DNA of 64,000 bases from Antedon mediterranea (lineage: Eukaryota; Animalia; Echinodermata). Of this stretch, positions 26,201 to 36,200 are shown one piece after another (position 1 is the stretch's first letter; each line of letters opens with the position of its first letter). The DNA is taken from contig NC_092671.1 of NCBI RefSeq assembly GCF_964355755.1, positions 5,084,001 through 5,148,000 of the forward strand, read 5' to 3'. The notes under the pieces are model-generated. The model did not search any database and had not been told where the DNA came from. It saw nothing but the letters and a program-made list of their open reading frames with translations. The position numbers were made by a program, and so were the translations under genes.

Positions 26201-28914
26201 ACATAAGTAATTTGACCTACTCACAACACGATGAACCATCTGAACTATCGATTGTGATTGGTCAATTTGTTGCATTGCATTTAAGTGAGATCCAAGCTTT
26301 ATAAGACGAGACATTAATTTTGTTGTGTATAGTGGAGCTTGGTGGTTAACTTTCCTTCCAATCACATGGTCTAGGGTTCAATCCTGACCTAGTGCCAGTG
26401 TTGTAACTCACGACTCTTTCAACTCCGCTCTCTAAGCCTCAAATGAGACTTGGTTCATAAGCACAATAAATTATAAAATAGGTCTGTTGGACGCGTATAA
26501 AAAAATAAAAAATGCACTATAGTGAACACCCTATTCGAAAGAGTATGTGACCATCTGCACTTTGGCTGCTATGGGTTTTTGTATAAAGCATACTAGTACA
26601 CATCTTAACTGAAGACTATAAATATTTATTTACATTCAGGCTAAATATCGGTACTAATCAAGGTATTAAAGAGAAGATCATGATATCCACTGTGGATGGA
26701 TTCCAAGGACAAGAGAAAGATATCATTATTCTGTCATGTGTACGTGCAAAAGGGCGAGGAAACAATATTGGGTATGCATTACAGTAGAACCCCTATTAAA
26801 GGAACATTTTCAGGTCCGGAGTGTCCGATGAATAGTGTTCATAGTCTAAATATTTACCATACCATTTACCATATTTATTTTTTGCTAAGTTAGATTTTAT
26901 TTTTTGTGTCAACCTCTGTTTGCTAAAAATACAATGCAACTAAAATTGACATGATTACTAATTATTGAAATCCTTTAGGGCATAAACATTTTGACAACTA
27001 TGCATTATAATAATTATGATTAAATTCATTCATACTTTAAATGATTTTGTTCCACTTTTTATGCATTTTATATATTTATTTGAGTGTTAATGATCGTGTA
27101 CTACTTGCTTGTGCTTTCCTTGTTTAAGCTTGTCACATAAATATTAATATTAGATTCTATAATTTCACAGATTTGTTGCGAATCGTAACAGAATGAATGT
27201 AGCTCTTACAAGAGCAAAGTTGGCTCTCTACGTTGTAGGTCATCTGGAAACTCTTAAGGTATTCTAGACATATTTATTCATCAACATACAGTATCTTCTG
27301 GAAATAATTCTTAGTTACTTACTTATTTTTAATTTGTATTTTATTCAGACAAACCCAGATTGGTGTGCATTAATAAACGATGCAAATGATCGAAAGCTTA
27401 TTTTCAAAGTGCGTGATCGTGATTACAGACAAGCAGCTAACTATTGTGAAAAAGAAAATAGAACAAGTAAACGAGGATCTGCAAGTTCTGACCAGTCACA
27501 TGACAGTTACCACCATTCACATGACAGTGACCACCGGTCACATGACAGTGACCAAGGAACAAGAGGACGGCATAGAATAAAGGCCAATCATTCTGGACAA
27601 AATAGATCAAACAATAAATCAGTTACTTTGTCTGATCGTCTTGGAGAATTGGAAGATGGAGAAATCAGATCACAAAGTAACAGTCCTCAATTAAATGAAG
27701 ATTCTGAGCCATCTACCAGTAGCCAACATCTTGAGAGGACCAAACAAGCCATTATGGCCAAATATCCAGGCGGGCCTCTCATTAGGCACATGGACGGGTT
27801 ACCTTATGAGCAATGGGATGCCAGAAAAACTAAAAGCAACCAACCTAAAAACTCCAGCAATGGACATAAACAGTTAAAAAGAAAAAGGAGTCGTGAAGAA
27901 GATCTCGGAAATAAAAGTAAAGGCGAAGAAAGAGATTCTAATAAAATGAAAGAACACAGAGGAATTACAGCTCACACAAGTTTTGATTCTTCTGTTAATA
28001 GGCAACAGGTACATCTAGGCCATAAAAGACACAAGAGCAATAATATTACAACATTTAAACGTAGGAGACACAGAAGTGATTCCATAACAATTAAACCAGT
28101 GGAAAAACGAAAAAGACACAGAAGTGGAGAACTACATACATCTACATGTAAGATGCATGGTGACCAAGGTCAACAGAATTCTACTGCCTCTGCTGTTAGA
28201 GCTTCCACACCAAAGTTACAGCCACTGCTAAAAGGAAGAAGAATAGCACACACAGCCAGGAGTGAGCTACCAAAGTCCGGACAGACTTCTTCAAACTCTG
28301 ATGGCCAATCAAAGTCAAGTACATTGCAATTAGGTAACGATGAGGTAAGAAAAACTGCAGTAGGTTATCTTAAGGACAGAAATGATGTAAGATCTACACT
28401 TAGAGAAGGCTCTAAATCCAAGACAGAAATGAAAACTACTGTGCAGAGAAATTTGGCATCAAAAAGTAGAAATAAGACAGGAACACAGGGCAATTCTTCT
28501 CTTGCGTGTTCATTGGCTTATAGTTCAAACAGTTCTTCAGTATTTTCGCTGGAGAGTAATAGTCTCCACCATGGACAAGACAGTAATGCACCACAAATTA
28601 CTGCAGACTCTGCAGCTGGAAGCACCCAAGCCAATAGAACTACACATGGCACTGAGCTAAGTACACATGGCACCGAGCCAAGTACATATGGCACCAAGCC
28701 AAGTGCATGTGGCACTGAGCCAAGTACACATGGCACCGAGCCAAGTGCATATAGTGCTGAGCCAAGTGCACATACCATAGACAATTTGTATAGTCCATTC
28801 AGTATGGAAGGATCATTTCCTGAAAGTAATGACAATAATGATTATGTAGTTTGTACAGATGAAAAACAAGAAAATTATGAATTTGAAAATTTGTATAGCC
28901 CAATGAGTCCGTAA
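5282..28914 (+). CDS. SETX: Senataxin (Sen1)-like SF1B RNA/DNA helicase, 26 coding exons; 1-nt frameshift at ~13950 in exon 9
   Basis: Exons: 5282-5470, 5954-6248, 6692-6807, 7668-7887, 8521-8619, 9177-9342, 9824-10749, 11409-11492, 12977-16263, 16870-17000, 17745-17829, 17932-18078, 18522-18598, 18886-19026, 19381-19530, 20437-20590, 21099-21218, 21568-21683, 23333-23548, 23830-23937, 24869-25044, 25268-25348, 25676-25810, 26640-26771, 27171-27258, 27349-28914. SETX-like N-terminus (CFWC..CIECVKSYHKGR, FWPKLEGFHQLLDKLGFRVW). Helicase motifs: HGPPGTGKT, LVCAPSNTAVD, NCGKYNIVRIG, VIVDEACQ, LVGDPLQLPAT, QYRMHPEI, TVDGFQGQEKD, RMNVALTRAK. Confidence 0.93.
6032..6136 (+). repeat. Coding 21-bp minisatellite (DNQVNS[N/D]) x5 in SETX exon 2
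   Basis: gataaccaggttaacagtaat repeated in frame. Confidence 0.85.
7925..8090 (-). mobile_element. tRNA-derived SINE-like element
   Basis: Approximate reverse complement of 26332-26512 (B-box-like gttcaatcc, ctaagcctcaaa, ctgttggatgcgtat, A-rich tail). Confidence 0.6.
11675..12024. mobile_element. TTAA-flanked MITE, family A
   Basis: ttaa|agatgtattgtcccc...ggggacaatacatct|ttaa. Confidence 0.9.
12033..12614. mobile_element. TTAA-flanked MITE, family B, abutting the family A copy
   Basis: ttaa|agatactagacctaca...tgtaggtctagtgtct|ttaa. Confidence 0.8.
13120..13950 (+). repeat. Coding 48-bp tandem repeat (~17 x SDQETLPQDTQAYPEH[H/Y]) in SETX exon 9
   Basis: agtgaccaagaaactcttccacaagacactcaagcatatcctgaacatcac repeated; in frame with the splice phase from exon 8. 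Confidence 0.95.
14925..16119 (+). repeat. Coding 66/69-bp tandem repeat (~18 x HQVRS[E/K]QVATVGCQSTAVSTVAQ) in SETX exon 9
   Basis: Seen in ORF 13995-16304; a 69-bp variant encodes GHYQR. Confidence 0.95.
17045..17712 (+). repeat. Intronic 34-bp minisatellite, ~19 copies
   Basis: cacagaaagagctggttctttcaggctatggtcg unit repeated in SETX intron 10. Confidence 0.92.
22570..22700. repeat. Short palindromic repeat cluster (tctagaaaactcagatatctgagttttctaga-like)
   Basis: About 3-4 self-complementary units centred on GATATC and flanked by TCTAGA. Confidence 0.6.
24265..24568. mobile_element. PIF/Harbinger-type (Tourist-like) MITE
   Basis: TIR aggcccatttacactaggacgataa / ttatcgtcctagtgtaaatgggcct; TAA/TTA flanks. 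Confidence 0.8.
26332..26512 (+). mobile_element. tRNA-derived SINE-like element
   Basis: A-box-like gtggagcttggtggttaa, B-box gggttcaatcc, A-rich 3' tail; second copy at 7925-8090. Confidence 0.6.
28645..28770 (+). repeat. Coding 21-bp repeat (HGTEPST heptads x6) in SETX last exon
   Basis: catggcaccgagccaagtaca unit variants. Confidence 0.85.
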
Positions 28915-30065
28915 GAGGAAAAAGCTAAATGATGCCATTTTTTTAAAAACAATATAAATACAACAAAATTGAAATTACAATTATTTAAAATTCAGTGCAA
29001 TTTTAATATCGTCCAGGAGGACAGAAAGGACCTTTTAGGCGAAAGAGAGGAAATGGGGAAAGGTAGAATGGAGGAAGTTGACGGTCATGAAATCAGAGAT
29101 ATTACCAAAAAATGTCATGTTAGAAAAAGTGAAGGAGCACTAGAATTTATTCTTTGTAACATATTCTGTAACATTCTTTATGGAATTGAATTTTATACAA
29201 CTCATCTACCATATGATACTTTTACAGGATAATTGTGACCATTATGAAAACAGAAGAGATACAAATCCAATTTTCATTCTACTGAATTACCTGTACCTTG
29301 TTAGCATTTCAGCCATTTTTCTCTTCTGGTCACAAGTTGGCCATCTTACCTTATTTATGAGCATTATAAGTCATTCATAGTTCATTATTCAATATTGTGC
29401 TGTAGTACCGTATCCCGTCTCTCCTTGCAATATCAATCAATCAAAGTAACATTTATTTCTCTTCTTCTCTTTCATAGAATATAAAAATTAACAGTAAATA
29501 TGATTAAAATAAGAGGGGCAACATTCCAAAAAATCTCTGCTTTTTGCTCTCTCTATCAGCTTTCTTCCCATCTCTTATTTACATAATACATTCTACAGTT
29601 CAGAAGTATCAGGCGACTGAAAAATTTGTTGATCTCTTGTGACGCAATCATGCCTACTGCTACAAAACTAGCAGTTTCGTGATTGATGGCACCCAAATCA
29701 TTCATCATAACAGTAACCTAGCCTAGCACTTTCTAGCCTGAATGACTATGAATCAATATTAATGACTTCATGAGCTTTGCTACTTCTGATATCGTTATAG
29801 TGGTTCAGGTTCTTATAAAACACAATATCAAGTAATCTTGAAGAAACTAACTATATTCAGTTGCGTTTTGTTTTACTAACTATTAACACATTTTTTTGAC
29901 CGCAAAATACAAACATAAAGTTCTTCCCAACGATTTGACCACTGAGCTGGATGTCCGGATAAATTTGTACAAAATATAAATGTTTAGGTTGATGTAATAC
30001 CGTAACAACCTAATTAATAACATTTTAATTAATTGCATGGTTTTAAACATTTCTCTAAACACTAG

Positions 30066-30281
30066 GAACTAAACACTGGTGCAAGTAGAAACTATATATT
30101 TGGGAATAGTAGGGAAAGAGATGTTGAAGATTCTCCACAAGGTAGTGATGATGAAGAAGGAACTACAACCTTTACCAGATCCATTCTGGTACCTCCATCC
30201 AGAACCAGGATACCATCAGAAAAACATGTTTCGTTTACAATGGAACCAGATATTCATGAATTTGCGAAAGATCAAATGTGA
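30066..30281 (+). CDS. Probable alternative terminal exon of SETX (71 aa, ELNTGASRNY...RSILVPPSRTRIPSEKHVSFTMEPDIHEFAKDQM*)
   Basis: Acceptor tttctctaaacactag at 30065, open 216-nt frame ending TGA, phase-0 compatible with consensus donor GAG|GTAAGA at 28344/28345. Confidence 0.5.
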   Translation, partial: ELNTGASRNYIFGNSRERDVEDSPQGSDDEEGTTTFTRSILVPPSRTRIPSEKHVSFTMEPDIHEFAKDQM

Positions 30282-31178
30282 TTCGTACCCCGATTATGAG
30301 ATCATGTTCCGAATATGAGCACTGTTTCTATAATTTACAGTATGATTTATATATAATTTACACAGTGCTACGCAACATCATTGATTTATATATATATATA
30401 TATATATATATAGTACATATTTATAATAACTATTTATTGTACCAAAGAAATAGGCTGAATATCACAGCTTACTGAAATATCGCAAATGAGATTTTAAATC
30501 ATTATTTCACAGAAAGATTTCTGCCAATGTTACCAATTTAATGAGGTTGCTATTGTTTATTATTTTGATTTTCGAATAAACAAATAAATTCATTGAAAAT
30601 GGTTATATATATATATATATATATATTACAAATTTGGGTGATCGCCAAACATTGCCAGACATTAGGCTAAACTTGATGAATTGTGTGACAACACTCCAAT
30701 GTCAACCTTGCCAACAACAATTAATAATAATTAAACTGCCATAATTAGTCTGCTAAATTGAAAATTGGAAGGTTTTAAGTTATATTCCCAGAATAGTACT
30801 ATCCATCTTTTGGGACAGTCCTTTTACATTCCTGTGAAACAATTGAAGGGTATAAAGGCCAACCCATGTTCAATAAACGCCTATTAGATAGGCATGTTGT
30901 TGTTGTTTAAAATGTGTCTTACTAAGGGTTCTACTGTAGTAGGCCTATATCTATGATCCTAAAATTGTTTATGTTATCGTTGAAACTACGAACATTTCTA
31001 CACATACCCACTCCGTCCAGAAATTAGCTTCCAAATTGTCCTTTTTGAGTAAAGTTTTATTGTATTAAAAAGATGGTGCTTACTTTTTTCCATTGTTTAT
31101 GAACAGTATTAGTTTTTAAAGTTCTTATTTCTAAAAGAACACATTTCCAAACATTAAGTGTAAACATAGTAGGCTGTT

Positions 31179-31181
<3 letters not shown>

Positions 31182-31209
<28 letters not shown>
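31182..31209. repeat. (TG)n microsatellite
   Basis: About 14 TG units. Confidence 0.9.
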
Positions 31210-31211
<2 letters not shown>

Positions 31212-31790
31212 CTAGAGTAGTGGAAGAAGGGAATTATCACTCTTCCCTGAAGAAGTAATATTCAATTATGCGTTATAATATCTTGTTTAAAAACATTTTA
31301 TGCAGATCTAATAAATGTATATTTATATTGCCAAATTTTCTAAAAAAAATAAGGTAGGTTTGCCCAATGCAACAAATTTCAGGGGGCCGGGAAAAAATTG
31401 TGAAAATACAATTTTGAACAACTTGTTTGTGCTTTGAAATTTGGTGCAGCAGTAGAGGACAAACAAATAGGAGAAAAAATTGAGTTGAGTATTAAATTAT
31501 AATTGTAATGATGTACAGTATTATGTTTTTGCAATGTCTGATGTGTAGGCCAAGTGTAAAAGGGGTAAAAATGGTTTCATAATTTTTTTAAAAGTACTGT
31601 ATATGACATGGCTTTAAATGGTTTATATATGCCTCATCATGTTAGACATAGGTGCATAGATATAGGTCATATGTTTTAAAATAAATATTAATAAATTTTA
31701 TAGTTGTCCATGTGTTTTTATTATTATTTTAATTTTTATTCACCAACCACATTTTGGTTGTATGCAGCGCACATCATCATGGCATTCAAA

Positions 31791-33207
31791 CGGTTCTAGG
31801 ACACCTACCCCCTAGACAGTTACCCCCCCCCCCCCGGATGTTTACCACCCGGACAACTACCCCCTTAGGACAACTACCCCCTTAGGACAACTACTCCCCG
31901 GACAACTACCCCTTAGGACAACAACCCCCGGACAACTACCCCCTTAGGACAACTACCCTGGTCAATTACCCCCTACCACCCCCCCCCCCCTCTCCCAATC
32001 CAAAAGTAGACAAATATATAGGACCGGTTTATGTAAAAATGAAATCATCTGTTTTTAACGGGAGACCTATATTTGGGTCTCCCTTTTCGTATATTAGGAT
32101 CTCCCTTTTCGTATAGTGTGGTCTCTCTTTTTGTATATTGGGTCTCCCTTTTCGTATATTTAGGTCTCCCATTTCGTATATTTGGTCTCCCTTTTCGTAT
32201 ATTTAGGTCTCCCTTTTCGTATAGTGGGGTCGCCCTTTTCGTACGTGGGTCTCCCTTTTCGTATATTTAGGTCTCCCTTTTCGTATTGGGTCTCTGGTCT
32301 CGGGTCTCTTGTTTCGAAACACCCGTTTTTAACCGGTTATTCTGTTTAACAGCACGCTAGACCCTAGATGTGCTAGATTTTTTATTGAAAAAACGGCCTG
32401 GGCTGTTTATTGTTTAGGTGGTTTTTAGGTGGACATTTATTGGAAGAAAGTTGTTTATTCAATGGGAGGGGGTATAATCTAATGGAAATAGACGCCGATT
32501 ATTCCATATGATGTGTCATGGGAGTGACATGGTCATCGTTTATTTGAGGGGAATTTATTTAAAGATCGCCGTTTATTCGGTGAGTGAACATTGAGGTCAA
32601 ATATGAAAAGTGATATTATTCTTCAAGTGTACAAAAATACAAATGACAAATTTGAGACAAAAATTAATTCTTTTAAGACCAGTGGTTATCGAAGCATTGT
32701 CCTGACGCAAAAATTATTATTATTATTAGCGAACCCAGTAAACTTTATAGTAAATACAGGGAGTACTATATAATACGTTCGACTATCCTATGATCATGTG
32801 TGACAATCTTCAGTTTATACCAGGCTATATTTATGTTCAATCTTTTACTTTTGTTTACAATAATGAATAGTAATTCGTCAAAGTAACGAATTAAAATATA
32901 GTTATTAATTCCTATTATACGCTGTTGCAGAGTCAGGTAATTGTCCGGGGGTAATTGTCGGGGGGTAATTGTTCATAGGGGGTAATTGTCCGGGGGTAGT
33001 TGTCCAGGGGGTAGTTGTCCAGGGGGTAGTTGTCCTAAGGGGGTAGTTGTCCGGGGGGTAGTTGTCCTAAAGGGGTAGTTGTCCTAAGGGGGTAGTGGTC
33101 CAGGTGGTGGTTGTCCGGGGGGTAGTTTTCCAGGGGGTGAATTTCCAGGGGGTGAATATCCAGGGGGTGAATATCCAGGGGGCCGGGCGGGGTGAATATC
33201 CGGATCG
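31791..33207. mobile_element. Foldback (MULE-like) element with GGACAACTACCCCC arrays, ~80 bp upstream of acid phosphatase copy 1 ATG
   Basis: C-rich array 31800-31975 inverted as G-rich array 32935-33200; flanking direct repeat gcattcaaac (31782-31791 / 33207-33216); single gcattcaaac empty site in the paralog at ~50464. Confidence 0.88.
32060..32324. mobile_element. Nested element made of 20-21-bp repeats (ggtctcccttttcgtatattt)
   Basis: About 11 tandem units; 9-bp direct repeat gtttttaac at 32051-32059 and 32325-32333. Confidence 0.7.
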
Positions 33208-33285
33208 CATTCAAACAACTTTTTTTGTCTATAGAGGGCGTTTTTTTTTTAAAGACTAAACAAAAACACGACGGCAAAAAATAAA

Positions 33286-36200
33286 ATGGAATCGTTTGGT
33301 TCTTCAAAAATGAAATCATTAAAAAATGTATTGTTAATTATGTTTTTCTTACATGAAATATCTATTAGTTTTGCAGAAAAAAATTTAAGACAGGTGCATG
33401 TTGTAAGTATTGTGTCTAATTGTATAAATATGCAGGCTCTGCTTTCTTCCTAAACCTAGCTTCTAGGCTAGCCTAGCTAAATAAAAAATAAAAAGGGCAC
33501 CGGAACACGATCGGATGAGCCTGCAATCTGTCGGCATTGCTGACTTAAGGGTTGACGGGTATAGGCCTAGGCCTAACAATTTTAATTATTATTCAGTGTT
33601 AGTTGACCAATTAGTATTTATTTCTTAGTATATTTAAATGTAGCCTAATTATTGCTTAAAAATGGAGTGTCAAGTGAAGAATTTTAATACTGTATTATTG
33701 TATAGAAATATACCTGTACCTAGGCCGGAGTATGGTCGAAGCGGCCGCCAACCAAAGCGGCCGCCAGTTTAATATCGTCATTTGTATGGAACGCCATGTG
33801 CGCTTTAATCTTTGATTGTCGTTGTCAACGCCATGGCCTATGGTGAGTTGAGTTACAGCTAAATAAATATAAGCCAACTCATGTACTACTATCAAATCTT
33901 TATATTTATATTTCTGAATCCTTATACAGTATTGCAATAATAATTTACGTATACGGTATAGGTATTGCCGAATCTTTATATCTCGTTTATATACTATTGA
34001 ATCCTTATACAGTATTTGCAATAATAATAATAATTTACGTACGGTATTGCCGAATCTTTATATCTCATTTACATACTATCGAATTTTATACAGTATTGCA
34101 ATAATAATTTACGTACGGTATTGCCGAATATTTATATCTCATTTAAATACTATTGAATTTTATACAGTATTGCATTAATAATTTACGTACGGTATTGCCG
34201 AATCTTTATATCTCGTTTACATACTATCGAATCTTTATACAGTATTGCATTAATAATTTACGTACGGTATTTCCGAATATTTATATCTCATTTATATACT
34301 GTACTATCGAATCTTGGTTTTTATTATTAGTAATGCACTTGTCAATTGTATGACTCACTATACGACCCCCGGGAGAGGTGCGTCATGGGTGCGTCATTTA
34401 CAAATAATTACTGACGCAGGGGTGCGTCAAAAAACCTAGATGGTACGTCACATCAATGAACAAGGTGTGTCAATGTCCGTCACTTTACCACCCACCATAT
34501 CATAAACAACATGGTCACAGTGCGTCAAAATGGGTGCGTCATGGTCACCTAAAGGTAAGTCACCTTTTTGATGCACGGGTGCGTCATGGTATTCAAAAGT
34601 ATGACGCACATCGGACAAATGACGCACCTCTCCCGGGGGTCGTATAGTGGGTCACACAATTGACAAGTGCATAATAGGGTGTGTTATACATTTAAGTGTT
34701 ATTCCATTGTAATATATTGTTTGTGTTTTCAATAAAGCAACATGGGACGCGCACCTAATGTGCAGCAGCACTATTGCTGACCGTCAGTCGAGTTATTAGC
34801 AGAAATTCGCGTAATTAATTACCGTATCAAACAGACACTTTCATCTTATTTTAGTATTTAAAACTCATTTTCAATTGATCAATATTTAAATATCTGAAGT
34901 AATAAAATAGTGTAGGATATTAAATAAATTGCTGTCATCATGTTAATTGTAATTAAATTATGATCGCGAACACTACTATAGTTACTTTACTAATTAATTA
35001 ATATACAATAACAAATATTTTTAATTATTAATATATTTATATATTTTGATATACTTTATTGATTGGTTTATTTATATATAATTCTTAATAATTGGCTTAT
35101 TATTATATTATATTAATATACAACATAAACACCGCAATGTATTTTATAGACTTTATTAAACATATGTATATCATTTAGAACAGAAAATAAGTAATCATCG
35201 ATTCGCCCTTTCGTTTAAAAGAACGTACGCGTATCACATTCAATCTGTAAAAAAAAGAGAATAAATTACATAATAATGTAGATTGTTATTTACGTCCGAG
35301 GTAAATAAAACCTTTCGAAACAATGACAATCAAAGATTACAAAACAACGACAACCAAAGCGCACACGGCGTTCCATACAGATTACCGTTATTGAACTAGC
35401 GGCCGCTTTAGTTGGCGGCCGTTTCGACCGTAAGCCCCTAGGCCATGGAGGTATAAAAATATATATTATACCTCCATGTATAGGCTAAGGTCCTCTAGCC
35501 GCTGTAATATATAAAGTAATTAATTTGAATAAAAATGTTGGCATTTTCACCATGTATAATGCATGGCCATGTGGTTTAATTGTGGCAAAACAAATGGTGA
35601 ATAAAAAACGCCGTGGTTAGGATTCCGACACCGGAACTCAACTGCCTAGCGTTAGGGAATCCGACACGCTATTGCGCATGTCCAGAGCGAGGTAATTGGC
35701 GACTCTATACTTATCAACAGCTAGCGATGGGTCATTTCATAGCTGCGCCACACAGCGAACTATAATCTTTGGCCTAGATGCCTACTAATAGTAATACGGG
35801 ATCCACTTAGACGTGACCAGTGGGCCTATTTATTTTGTAATTCATATTTATAAACTTCATATAATTATGAATTATATAATTACATGACTAGTTTATGATT
35901 TTTCAAGTACAAAATAAAAGATTTCATATAACGCATTATACTGTAAAAGTGTACATAACATGCAATCACAAGTTGATTTGTTGACACGGCAGCCACACCG
36001 CGGCGTGGATGTGTGAAAAAACTGTTCGGGAAGTCGGGGTCAGACTAATTACAGCATTACAATTCTTAGATAGATACTGATTCTTATTAATATCATAATA
36101 ATTATTTTAACGCTTGGCGTAGTCGTATTTTAATTATTAATTATTCACTTCCCAGAGCTCTGGGCATGCGCAATAGCGTGTCGGATTCCCTAACGGTGGG

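Larger units (their letters stand above)
33727..35436. mobile_element. Non-autonomous DNA transposon, ~110-bp TIRs, 8-bp TSD, in intron 1 of phosphatase copy 1
   Basis: ggagtatggtcgaagcggccgccaaccaaagcggccgc / gcggccgctttagttggcggccgtttcgaccgtaagcc; TSD cctaggcc at 33719-33726 and 35437-35444; absent from copy 2. Confidence 0.85.

Noticed and set aside
28969-29232. 87-aa ORF after the SETX stop
   Set aside because: No recognisable motif and no convincing in-frame splice connection; probably UTR or intron.
28911-30066. Splice from GTAAGA at 28911 to the 30066 exon
   Set aside because: The phase-2 join reads CCG AAC TAA, an almost immediate stop, so it would not encode the KHVSF exon.
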